NCBI RefSeq assembly: GCF_006345805.1
Contig: NC_043026.1
Span: forward strand, 7,874,001-7,938,000
Direction of reading: 5' to 3'
Source of the DNA: Octopus sinensis
Lineage: Eukaryota
DNA: 64,000 nt
Made by a program: the position numbers and the translations under genes. Positions 38,540 to 50,172 of the stretch are shown here, piece by piece (within the stretch, counting starts at the first letter, position 1; every line of letters begins with the position of its first letter). Below the pieces are notes generated by a model. That model worked only from the letters and a program-made list of their open reading frames with translations. It made no database searches and had not been told where the DNA came from.

Positions 38540-41500
38540 TCATCATCGTTTAACATCTGTTTTCCACGCTAGCACGGGTTGGACGGTCCGACCGAGGTCT
38601 GGGAAGCCAGGAGGCTGCACCAGGCTCCAGTCTGATCTGGCATTGTTTCTACAGCTGGATGCCCTTCCTAACGCCAACCACTCTGCGAGTGTAGTGAGTA
38701 CTTTTTACGTGCCAGGGGAGTCTGGCAGCGGCCACGATTAGTTGGTGCTTTTAACGTGCCGCCGGCACGGAAGCCAGTCAAGACGGCGCTGGCATTGGCC
38801 ACGTTCAGATGGTGCTTTTTATGTGCCACTGGCATCGGTCACATTCAGATGGTGCTTTTTATGTGCCACCGGCACAGGTATCACAACTACTATTTCCATT
38901 GATATTTATTTCGATGTTCATGTACTTGACTCAATAGGTCTCCTCAAGCACAGCGGGATGTTCTGAAATCCAAGGTACTTTGAATGGGCAGAACTGGTAC
39001 AGGAAGCAGCCTGGATCTTTGCAGTCACAGCATATCTCCAGAGATCTTGGTCCTTCATTATTGCCTCTGTGAGGCCCAACACTCTGAGGTCATGCTTGAC
39101 TACCTCCTCATGTCTTCCTGGGTCTACCTCTCCCCCTGATACCTTCAACTGTTTGGGAGCAGCACTTCTTCACACATCTCTCCTCATCCATCTGCAGTAC
39201 ATGACCATACCATCGTAAGCATCGCTCTTGCACACCACATCTGATGCTTCTTATGTCTAGTATTTCTCTCAGGGTGCTTACCCTCTGTCGTGCGCGCACA
39301 CTGACATTACACATCCAGCGGATCATGCTAGCTTCATTTCTTTCAAGTCTACGCATGTCCTCTGCAGTCACAGCCCATGTTTCACTACCGTGAAGCATGG
39401 CAGTTCGCACACATGCATCATACAATCTACCTTTCACTCTGAGCGAGAGACCCTTTGTTGCCAGTAGGAGTAGGAGCTTTCTAAACTTTGCCCAGGCTAT
39501 TCGTATTCTAGTGGTGACACTCTCTAAGCATCCACCTCCACTACTAACTTGGTCACCCAGGTAGCAGAAACTATCAACTACTTCTAGTTTCTCCCCCTGG
39601 AGTGTGATGGAATCTGTTTTCTGAGTATCTGTGGTGTCTATTGACCCTGTGTATCTGCCACACATGAAAGCTATCTTATCAGTTAATTTCTCTTTGATGT
39701 TGCTGCACCTCTTATTCATCCATAGCTTACATTGGGTGCATCTTATGGAGTTTCTACTTACACCTTTCCTACAGATCGAGCAGGGCCACCTGCCCGAGGG
39801 GGTGTGTGCTGGGTTCGCCTTTCTGCTTACTATAACTTTGGTCTTTGCTACATTTACTCTAAGGCCCTTTGATTCTAACCCTTGCTTTGACACCCAAAAT
39901 TTCTTTTCTAGTTCTGGTAGTGATTCTGCTATGAGAGCCAGGTCATCAGCATAGAGGAGCTCCCAGGGGCAACCTGTTTTGAATTCCTCTGTTATTGCCT
40001 GGAGGACTATGATGAATAAAAGGGGACTGAGGCCTGAACCTTGGTGTACACCTACTTCTACCCGGAATTCTTCACTATATTCGTTGCCAATTCTAACCTT
40101 GCTGACAGCCTCTCTGTATAGGGCCTGTACAGCCCTTATTAGCCATTTGTCAATCTCTAGTTTCCGCATCGACTACCAGATAAGGGATCGGAGGACCCTG
40201 TCAAAGGCTTTCTCCAAGTCCACAAAAGCTATGTAGAGGGGTTTATCTTTAGCTAGGTACTTCTCCTGCAGTTGTCGAACCAGGAATATAGCATCAGTGG
40301 TGCTTCTACCCGGCACAAAACCAAACTGCATCTCATCTTAGCAAATTCTCTCCCTAATGAGATGGGTTATGACCCTCTCTGTGACCTTCATCACCTGGTC
40401 CAACAGTTTAATACCCCTGTAGTTATTTCTATCTAGAGCATCACCTTTACCCTTGTAGCAGTTGACTATGATGCTGCTACGCCAGTCATTGGGTGTGACT
40501 CCATTATGAACTATTTGGTTTACAATGCGGGTGACTAGGCCATAGCCCACACAACCAGCTGTTTTAAGCATCTCAGCAGTGATTCCTGATGGGCCTGGAG
40601 CTTTACCTGGTTTCATGTCCTTAATTGCCTTAACTACAAGGGAGCTCTCTGTTCGGATAGCTGGTCCCTCTACTGGGTCAACATTTGGCAGGCTCTCCTC
40701 CTCCCATTCATTCTCCACATTCAGCAGTCTTTCATAATGGCTTCTCTAAGCCTCTTTCTTTTCAGAAACATTGAAAGCAAGTGAACCATCATCCATGCGG
40801 ACACATTTCTCTCCTGTAATATCACTATTTTCTCTCACACACTGTCTAGCAATCCGAAATACCTCAGTTCTTTGGTCCTCACTTCGCTGGACATTGGCAA
40901 ACTTCTTCTTTTCTGCTACATCTTTGGCTATGTATACCTGCCGCCCAGCCTCCCTTTTGGCTACCTGGTACAGTTCCCTGCTACCCCCATCCCTCCAGGC
41001 TTTCCATGCCTGTTTCTTTGCACTAATGGCTTTGTCTACTGTACTATTCCACCACCACGTAACTCTAGGTCTGGAAGGGACTTTGCACCATCCACAGACT
41101 TGGTCTGTGGCACTCAGCAAGCTGTCCCGTAGGAATTTCCAGCTACCTTCTATGTCCGACGTCTGTAGCTCCTCCTCCCTCTCATCAAATTTCTTGATGA
41201 GTATGTCCCTAAATCTCTGACCATGTGAAGGGTTCTTTAGCTTCCAAATCCTTCTTTTCTGGATTGGTATGTTTCTTGGAATCCTTCTGGCCTCAAGCCT
41301 AAAGTCACTAATGATTAGCCTATGCTGAGGGGTACATTCTTTACCCGGGAGGGTCTTTGTATTTAAGAGCAACCCTGCATCCCGCTGTCTGGTGAGGATG
41401 GAGTCTATTTGGCTAGTGGAGTCTCCTGACTGATAGGCTATAAGGTGGCAGTCAGGCTTCCTGAAGTTAGTGTTGCAGATTAAAAGGTTACATGCATCAC

Positions 41501-41580
41501 AGAATTCCAGTAGTCTAGTTCCCTCATCATTTCTGGTGCCATTACCATGGCCACCGTGTACCCCAGTGAAGATACCCAAT
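38540..41580 (-). mobile_element. RTE-clade LINE, 5'-truncated, about 3 kb, antisense to USP24
   Basis: One reading frame from the APE C-terminus (GGHG.G.RN.EG..LLEFC, SQID.IL) through RT (KAPGPSGI, NYRGIKLL, QFGF, FVDLEKAFDRV, GVHQGS.LSPLLF, LLYADDL, YLG) to GRGRPRKT; three in-frame stops and a 2-nt deletion near 39108; 3' UTR ends in gttaaacgatgatga. Confidence 0.95.
38698..38878. repeat. About 40-bp tandem repeat in the RTE 3' UTR
   Basis: cagatggtgctttttatgtgccac at 38806 and 38846, plus two more diverged units upstream. Confidence 0.7.
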
Positions 41581-42596
41581 TCCCGCCCAACATGCAAGTG
41601 GGGAGAAGAAAGAATTTGAAAAATCATCATCAAAATGGAGAAAATCCAACTTATATGAGTTTGCTACTCCAAAAGTCTGCATTCTATTGTGAAAATTACC
41701 CAGTAAGGACGAGAGACTCAGCTAGTATATATATATATATATATATATTATATTATATATATATATATATATACAGAGAAAGAGAGAGAGAAAGTTGTCA
41801 GATAAATTTTTTTTTTTTTTTCCATTTATTTTTCATCAACAACTTAATAAAACACAGTCAATAATATCTTCTCCTTTATTGTTCATGACTTCTTGTTCTA
41901 CCAGGGTAGAAATTATTGGGTCTTGTCTCAAAGAATACAGCAAACAATGTTTTCAACTTGACACTATCGTTGCAGACTGTTGAAGAGCAACAAAAAAGAT
42001 GTGCTAATTTGAAAGTGCTCAGTCAGCAGACTATGGCGGGTGGGTGGGCGTGGTAGAACTTTTAACGGAGCTATTGAATAGTGTTTGTGGTTAAATTAGT
42101 AAGATGGGTGTGTGATAGAAGAGAATTGGAGTTTGTCTCCTTTGTTCACTTAGCTTTCGGATGTTGCCCATCAAGTGAAGATTATGAGAGCATCCCATCT
42201 GCTGGATCAATTCCATGGTAGATTGGCATGAATTCTCAGGGATGAGCTTGTTCAATCAATCCTTATTGAACTGATCACATTGACTAAGATGCAAAGAGTC
42301 TGTGAAGTAGAATTTCCTCTCCTTGGAGCGTCAAAATCATTTCTGTGTCGTTCCTTCAGTAATAACATTTTCTTCATACACAGCACAAATGTCTTGAGTG
42401 GTTTTGACAGTTTTGGAACCTCAGTTATCACTGAAGAAAAGCAGGGGGTCAAAGCTGGAAAGATGTAAAATTTATCCAAATTGCAAAAATGAATAACAAA
42501 AGTTCTAGAAAAAGAATAGGGCTACAAAATACCATAAAGCACTAATAAAAATATTTTAATTCAAATAACATTGGTAAAAAATGGACAAATTTATCT

Positions 42597-42632
<36 letters not shown>

Positions 42633-42811
42633 TCACACACAATCTTCTGTACTGTGTAGCAGTACCTTGTAAATGTCTCTGTTATTGTCACACCTGAGTG
42701 TGTAAATCATTGACCTGTTTAAGGGCTCTTATCTCCACAGTTATCAAGCTATTACTGGTCATCTGGTCAGCTGCTAACCTTCCATCCAACTAATTGCTCT
42801 GTTTTCTTTAG

Positions 42812-42923
42812 GAATTATCATCTCGTCGATGGATACCAATTCAAGCCCGAGATTTTGGACACCTGCAGACGACCCTTGCTACTTTAATCTTGAACTGTGA
42901 TGTCTCCAGCTACAGAACTGATG
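42812..42923 (+). CDS. USP24: USP24-like exon (ELSSRRWIPIQARDFGHL...SYRTD)
   Basis: tttag acceptor, gtaggt donor; RRW...QAR.FG motif; phase 0 to 1. Confidence 0.9.
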
Positions 42924-43384
42924 GTAGGTGACACCATTGTGTTATTTAATCTTTGTTGTATCCAATGTACAGTTCTGATGTAGAAGCTTCTCATTGTTAG
43001 AACAACTGGAAGACTTAGTCCTTGAATTAGCATGTGGTTGTCTATTCCTCAAGTGGACCTTCAATCTAATTCTCAAGTGTGTATGTGATAAGTGAGGACT
43101 TCTACTTGTAGATGAAATTCTACACAGTTTCTTTCTGCTTAATTTCACTTACAGAGTTTGTTATGTTGATCCAAGGTTATGGGCTCAGATTGAACTCAGC
43201 GACTGGTGGTTGTCATGTGAACTTATCAACCGTTCAGCTATGCCTTTACTCCTATTATACACACACACACGATGATATGGCTGCATATACCCCAGATTCA
43301 TATTGTTGTATATTGGTAGATACACTGTTGTAACGATGATGGCCATGTTGCTGCTATAATTATCCTCTAATATCTCTTTCACAG

Positions 43385-43503
43385 AACCTGATCCCTTCAA
43401 AGTCTACACCCCACAAACTGTTTCTCCACAGTTGTACCTTAAAATGTCTGATGACATGTTTTACTTCGTCTTTGGTGCAGGATCCTACCGTTACATCAAC
43501 GAG
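43385..43503 (+). CDS. USP24: USP24-like exon (PDPFKVYTPQ...YRYINE)
   Basis: cacag acceptor, gtgagt donor; phase 1 to 0 fits both neighbours. Confidence 0.83.
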
Positions 43504-43748
43504 GTGAGTACTGTTATTCTACTGCCATCCCACTGTTATACCATTGCTATACCACTGCAAAATTTCTGTCATACCATCATATTGTCCTAATCATCATAGT
43601 ATTATTTAATCCCTCTACCATACCATTATACCTAACCACCAAATTCTACATTATTTTGTATGTCTTCCATACCACTGTGTCATTCTCAACATATCACAGC
43701 TATGTCAATGGTATCATACTCCTAATTATTCTCTTTCATTCTGCCAAG

Positions 43749-43862
43749 GTGGTGTATGCCGTACGTGAAGTCAGTTCAAATCTAGACTCCGTCACCGATA
43801 TGCTGTTGGCCTGTAGCTTCTGTAACAGCACTTTCAGTATGACAGTCCTCGAGTGCCTGATG
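43749..43862 (+). CDS. USP24: USP24-like exon (VVYAVREVSS...CSFCNSTFSMTVLECLM)
   Basis: AAG acceptor, gtaagg donor; C.FCN..FS motif; phase 0 to 0. Confidence 0.88.
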
Positions 43863-43956
43863 GTAAGGACAAACCACCTCCTCTTCATATTTCTTTTCTC
43901 ACTACACACTTTTTGTCACCACCACCACTAAATGTCTGTCTGTGTGTATCCCATAG

Positions 43957-44022
43957 GTCCAGTACCAAACAGCTCCCTGTAACGAAGTGCGGAACATATT
44001 TTCCTTACTCATGGAGATTCTG
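43957..44022 (+). CDS. USP24: USP24-like exon (VQYQTAPCNEVRNIFSLLMEIL)
   Basis: catag acceptor, gtaaga donor; follows a 94-nt intron; phase 0 to 0. Confidence 0.88.
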
Positions 44023-44156
44023 GTAAGATTTTGCTCAAAATAGTTTTTTTATAAATTTACTACATCTACCCCTGCCACCCCTTCATTATCACCATCACCA
44101 CCACTTGTCACTTGACGGAATCAGAAACTACTACTACTACTGTTGTTGTTATTTGT

Positions 44157-44880
44157 CATCATCATTTAACGTCCATTGTCCATGCTGGCAGGGGTGGGAT
44201 GGTTTGACCAGGGCTGGCAAGCTGGAAGGCTGCACCAGACTCCAGTCTGATTTGGCATAGCTTTCTATGGCTGGATGCCTTTCTTAATGCCAACCCCTCC
44301 GAGAGTATAATGGATGCTTTTATGTGCCGTTGGCTCAGGTGCCAGTTGGATGACGCCGGTATCTGCCACAACTACATAGGCGCAGAAGTGGCTGTGTGGT
44401 AAGTAGCTTGCTAACCAACCACATGGTTCCGGGTTCAGTCCCACTGCATGGCATCTTGGGCAAGTGTCTTCTGCTATAGCCTCGGGCCGACCAAAGCCTT
44501 GTAAGTGGATTTGGTAGACGGAAACTCAAAGAAGCCTGTCGTATATATGTATATATGTATATGTTTGTGTGTCTGTGTTTGTACCCCTAGCATTGCTTGA
44601 CAACCGATGCTGGTGTGTTTACGTCCCCGTCACTTAGCGGTTCGGCAAAAGAGACCGATAGAATAAGTACTGGGCTTACAAAGAATAAGTCCCGGGGTTG
44701 ATTTGCTCGACTAAAGGCGGTGCTCCAGCATGGCCACAGTCAAATGACTGAAACAAGTAAAAGACTAAAGAGTAACTATAATTTCGCTTGGCTTGATGAG
44801 TCTTCTCAAGCACGGCATGTTGTGAAGGTCTTGGTCATTTGTCATTGCCTCTGTGAGGCCCAACACTCAAAAGGAGCTTA
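44157..44880 (-). mobile_element. RTE 3' UTR and tail fragment interrupted by a SINE
   Basis: catcatttaacgtcc...ggatgcctttcttaatgccaacc, resuming after 44772 with cttggcttgatgagtcttctcaagcac. Confidence 0.75.
44379..44772 (+). mobile_element. Full-length young SINE family A
   Basis: tRNA-like head with A/B-box-like motifs, internal (TA/TG)n and gtaaaaga tail; imperfect TSD aactacat/aactatat. Confidence 0.88.
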
Positions 44881-45139
44881 TGTGCAATCGGCATGGGTGC
44901 CTACTACTACTGAGGTGGCAAGCTGGCAGAATTGTTTGCATGCCAGGTAAAATGCTCAGCAGCCTTTTGTCCGTCTATGTTCTGAGTTCAAATTGCCTTT
45001 CATCCTTTTGGGGTCAATAAAGTAAGTTCCATCTAAGCGCTGAGGTCAACATAATTGACCTGCCCTCTCTCACAAACTTTCTAAACTTGTGCCAAAATTT
45101 CTATCCATTATTTTTATTATTGTTGTTTGATTGTTATTG

Positions 45140-46290
45140 ACAGACATTGACTGTTCAGGGCAAGTGATAGGCTGGAGACAGTAATGGACAGCTTGCCTCA
45201 GCTCTTGAAAGATGTGAGTCTTTGCAGAAAGTCAATAACAACAATTAAACTGCTCTGGTTCTGTCCTTGCTTTGTGATAGATTAGAACTGGGATGATATA
45301 ACAAACCGGCCTTTCTTAGAAATGAACTTTGGAGGAACCTCTCCGTAAAAGGTCAGGCAGATGCCTCCATTATTGTTTACCACTTGACCTTTGTGCCATA
45401 TTCCAGTTACCAGCTGATCAATTTGAAACATCTTCTATTCGACTTCTTGTCGAAGGGACACATTCCATTGGTCACATGCTCCATCTTCTGCCAGTCCCCT
45501 TTGTGTTGTAGGTTAGGTATGCCCTGGTTACTAACATGTAGACACATGCTGAGACTTCTCCAACTACTAAGATTCTTTCATGGTGGACAGGTGTGGTCAC
45601 TATTTGTGAAACCTGATTTTCTGGCAGAGCTGCAGCCCAGGGTGAAGCAAAGACTAGGATTGGACACCTGGCATCTAGAGTATGGGTAGGTGCTCACCAC
45701 CCTCCACCAGTCAAGCAACGGGTTCAGTGGATGTTCCACTTTAGCAATCTGTTAGGGGTTTAGTGGTTGGAAAAAAAGTGACGGAAGCAAACTAACCAGT
45801 CTGTTATGGAATTCTTTTAGATTGGGGACTTCCATGGATATCTTCCAGAAGTCTTAGACCTGGTTATACTACAAATGGATGCTAGCAGATTGGGATAAAC
45901 TCTACAGGTACACAAGTGGCATTAAATGGGTCTATCTGAGATGGGTGCAGAACAATGAAACCGTTCTGCATTCACTCGTTCAGTGTTCTGGCTTTACTGA
46001 CTCATGGAGATATGTTGAACAGCTGCTGTCATATTTGGGACAGATCTGGTTATAAGCCAGGTCCACTTTAATGATTGCCTTACTGCCTTCCTATCAAAAG
46101 AGGTTGTGAAGTGGATGAGGTTGAAAGGGATGAAGACAAAGACTTTCCTCTTTGGTTGAGGCCTTCATTGAAATTTTTCGGGGCCACTTGAAAAATAAAT
46201 GAAGGAGGAGTGGTGAAAATGGCACCAATGGAGGGGTCTGTGAATCAAAGAATAACATTTTGAGAGAGCAGTCTTGATGTAGGATCAATG
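45140..46290 (+). mobile_element. Decayed L1/Tx1-like LINE 3' fragment (RT thumb and zf-RVT region)
   Basis: Fragments RLGMPWLL..RH.LRL, RDKLYR-like and TVLHSLVQC...W.YVEQLL, broken by stops and frameshifts. Confidence 0.55.
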
Positions 46291-46691
46291 AGGTTCCTTT
46301 ATTGGCCCCAGATCAAGGTACTCCTCCTTCTCCATCATCTTTCATTACTTCTATATCATCTGCAATTGTATTTCATCTTTTTTTATACTCCTCCACCTCG
46401 ATTTGATTTCATTTTCTAAATCCTGATATTTTTATTTTTGTCTTTGATTGTTTCCTTCATCTTTTGCCCTGATGGCAATTTTTTTAGAAATAATAATAAT
46501 AATAATAATTATTATTATTATTATTATTAAATACCAGTCAAGTACTAGTGTCGATATACTTGATGCCCCCCCCCCCTCAAATTTCAGGCCCTTGTACCTA
46601 TAATAGAAAGGATTATTATTATTACTAATAGAAAGTCCATATTTGAGGTAAAAAGTTTTTGCATTTAATAAATATTTTCTGTTGTTGTCAG

Positions 46692-46785
46692 CTCCTGGAA
46701 GATCCATTACAATTAAAACGACTGAAGTGGGTGGTCATTGATGGACATATGAACGAGAACGGGAAGAAGTTTGAAGGATTACTCA
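46692..46785 (+). CDS. USP24: USP24-like exon (LLEDPLQLKRLKW...FEGLL)
   Basis: gtcag acceptor, gtaagt donor; EDP.Q..R motif; phase 0 to 1. Confidence 0.88.
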
Positions 46786-46988
46786 GTAAGTAGGTCTTTA
46801 TTTATAATGAAACCCTTTAAATGTGGTGGTGCCCAGTCCCAAATTGGGGAAATTAATAAAATTGCTACAGCTTGGTCATGTTGGAAAGACATGGCATGTG
46901 ATCCTCCTGATACTATCACTGCAAACAGTATAAAAACCCACTCATTATAAATGCAGAAACAATATGTGTTAGGGTACACACATATATA

Positions 46989-47020
<32 letters not shown>

Positions 47021-47222
47021 GATTAAGGAAGAATGGAGAGTTGGTAAGGATGTAAAATGAATTTATTAACATACTGCCAAAATAAAGCCTATGTACATTT
47101 CAATTCAGTCCGATATATAATTGCAAATTCAAAGATTGGAATAAATTCAAAGATTAGAATAAAATAGCATTTTGAATAATACTGGGTAGAATCTCATCAG
47201 GGTAAGAGTTCAATAGAAATAG

Positions 47223-47287
47223 TTACATGTTGATGGATTGGATTTTATCAATAGACAACTAATAAAATCCAATCCATCAACATGTAA
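47223..47287. repeat. Perfect 26-bp inverted repeat with a 13-nt spacer
   Basis: TTACATGTTGATGGATTGGATTTTAT (47223-47248) / ATAAAATCCAATCCATCAACATGTAA (47262-47287). Confidence 0.97.
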
Positions 47288-47441
47288 TAACTGAAACAAG
47301 TAAAAAAAGAAAAATAATGCATATGTATATACAATATGGCTCTATAATGTGTGTGTATATACTGTATAGCTATGGAATATGTATCTTGTGCCCAAAGTCA
47401 CTCTTGCATCTAATGGTTATTATCTCTCTCTATCTCATCAG

Positions 47442-47596
47442 GTACCATCCGCAGTTTCCACCTGTCTGACAGTTCCCGTTCCTACCAGTGTATCAAGTTC
47501 CTTGTGCAATTGTGCAACCGATGTGGTTTGGCCAAAGATCAGTTAATGAAAACCTCTACAAAATGGCAATGGGCTGTTAATTGGCTGGAGAAAAAG
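47442..47596 (+). CDS. USP24: USP24-like exon (TIRSFHLSDSSRSYQCIKFLV...WQWAVNWLEKK)
   Basis: atcag acceptor, gtaatc donor; DSSR.YQC.KFLV and WAV.WL motifs; phase 1 to 0. Confidence 0.92.
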
Positions 47597-47904
47597 GTAA
47601 TCTTGCTTCTCTTAGTCTAACATACTGGTTTAAATGTTCGACAACTCAGCACCATCCATTGGTTTGTTTTGTTAGAAGAATGAATGTGTGTACGAGGATG
47701 TATATAAATGGATGTGTGAGTGTATATGTTTGGAAATCCCAAAACTCACAAAATTTATTCATCGTACATGTTTCTTTGTCTGAATGCAAAGTGAAAGTTG
47801 TTAATGGTTGTTATTTTTACACTTGGATAAGCATTCACATAAAACACTTTCCTCAACAAATAGCCTGGGAAAGTTTTAATTTAAAAACATTTTCTCAGTA
47901 CTAC

Positions 47905-47966
<62 letters not shown>

Positions 47967-48677
47967 TATAAGTGTGAACATGTATGTATTTATGTGTATA
48001 TAAGTGTATGAATATATAAAGGTGTATATTTATATATATATATACACATACACGAGCAAAGGCTATTTATTGAGGATGTTTAATCCAACAAAAGCTTTCT
48101 AAGAAAGTGTTTTATGTGAATGCCTATCCAAGTGTAAAAATAACAACTGGAGTTCTCTGGAGGCACATGGCCTAGTGGTCAGAACAGTGGACTCGAGGTT
48201 GAAGGATTGCTGGTTCAAATTTCAGATCAGGCAATGTATATGTTTACGTGCGAAACACCTAAGCTACACATGGCTCTGGCAGAAGGTAATAGCAAACTTT
48301 TGCTGCCACAGCTTTCTCTCTTTCCTCCTGCATCTAGTGATGGACCGGCTTCCCATCCAGAAGCTTATACGCCAATGAAACCAGGAAACCAGCCCTTATG
48401 GCTCTAGAAGGAACAAACAACATGGAGTTCTGACTCATACAGTTTAGATATGTGTGTGTGTGTGTTTGTATATCTATATATATATATCACTACACCATTG
48501 GTGTAAATACTATGAGCTATGAACACTACTATATATATATATATATATAGCCACTAGCTATGTATAATACCAGTGGTTATTCAATTTATAAGGATATTCT
48601 AAGTAAAATATCTGTTAATGCCACTGTTAATCTCTCTTTCTCTTTTTTCATGCCCACCACTACCAAACATATCACAG

Positions 48678-48767
48678 ATGTCTGACTACTGGGTACCATC
48701 TAATGCCATCCCCGTTTCCAATGAGGACTCAAACCAGAAATCCTTCCAGAGGACAGTCAGTGCCCAG
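48678..48767 (+). CDS. USP24: USP24-like exon (MSDYWVPSNAIPVSNEDSNQKSFQRTVSAQ)
   Basis: cacag acceptor, gtaaat donor; VSNE...K.FQRT.SAQ motif; phase 0 to 0. Confidence 0.92.
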
Positions 48768-49007
48768 GTAAATAGCCATTTACTATCTCTCTCTCTCTCT
48801 CTCTCTCTACTTTTTCTCTACCCATGTCTCTTAATCTGCCTCCATATCTCTGTTTTGCCTCTCTACTTCTTCTGCTACTTCTCTCTTCGCACACACTGCC
48901 TGATTGGATGCGTAACAGCTATATCATAGTTATACATGTCTTCTCTGTTGGTCCCTATAAGTTCATCTTAAACCTGTCTTCTTTTTTTTTTTCTTTTCTT
49001 CCTTCAG

Positions 49008-49406
49008 GACACCCTTGACAGTGCCACAGCTCTGCTCACTGAACTGGAAGCCAATGGTAACATGGCCAGCCGCACCAGCTCCTTACTGGTTCAACAGAGT
49101 AACCAGAAACTTGGCTACAATATGATGCAGTCCATTTCGGACAACACGGCTCCATCGCAGCTATCTCCTGGCCGACAGCTTCAAACTGGCAATGGGCTGA
49201 CACCTCTTGTAGTAGAGACAATCTCGACAAATAGTGAGACTAGTGGCACTCTGACTCTATCAGCTCATGGTCGGCAGACCGTCACCACCACCTCCACTAC
49301 CACCACCACCATCACCACTACTGCTACTGAGAATACAACCATTACCACTGCCTCAACGACAACATCAACAACATCAACACCAACACTCTCCTTGTCTGAT
49401 GGTTAA
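49008..49406 (+). CDS. USP24: USP24-like last coding exon (DTLDSATALL...Thr-rich tail...SDG*)
   Basis: Long polypyrimidine tract and cag acceptor; DTL..ATALL motif; TAA stop at 49404-49406. Confidence 0.88.
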   Translation, partial: DTLDSATALLTELEANGNMASRTSSLLVQQSNQKLGYNMMQSISDNTAPSQLSPGRQLQTGNGLTPLVVETISTNSETSGTLTLSAHGRQTVTTTSTTTTTITTTATENTTITTASTTTSTTSTPTLSLSDG

Positions 49407-49754
49407 ACCCTAAACAAAACAAAGCAAACCCTTTTGGTAGTGGTGGTCATGGCAGAGGGGTTGTTTCTCAACAGACTGCAGAGTAGTTGTGTTGGTGTGT
49501 CGGGGGGAAGGGTTGGGTGTCGTAGAAATGACCCACCCCACCCCACCTTCTGCTGCTGCTGCTATTATTATTACTACTACCACCACTACCAGTGTCACCA
49601 CTGCATCCTTGACATCAGCACAAGAGAATGTATTGGCGTTCTACCTCACCCCACCACCACCACCACTACTGCCCTCTCTCCCCCTTTTTTTTCCATAGAG
49701 TTTTTTTCTAATTAATTTTTCTTTCTCTCAAGTGGTCTGATTGTAGTGGATTGT

Positions 49755-50172
49755 TTGAATTGGCGGAGTGTCAGACAAAATGCCTTGTGATATTGAGTTG
49801 TGGCTTTTTGCATTCTCAATTCAAATCGCTAAGTCAACCTTGCCTTTCATCCTTTTGGAGTTAATAAAAGAACGAACCATTTGAATACAGGGTTTGATAT
49901 TATCCATAGACCCCCCCCCTCCCACAAATTTCAGGGCTTGTGTGTATTATTGTTGTTATTATTATTAAGATGGCAGAGCCTTCAGCCTGCTGGACAAAAT
50001 GCTTAGTGACATTTTGCCATCTTTACATTCTGAGTACAAATTCTGCTGGGGTCAACTTCACCTTTCATCCTTTTGGAGTGAATAAAATAAAGTACCAGTT
50101 GAGTACTGGGGTCAATGTAATCAACTTGCCCCTTCTCCAAAATTGCTGGCCTTGTGCCAAAATTTGAAACCA
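49755..50172 (+). mobile_element. Two tandem SINE family B copies in the presumed USP24 3' UTR
   Basis: Both show ttgcctttcatccttttggag..aataaaa and ttgtgccaaaatttgaaacc-type segments. Confidence 0.65.
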
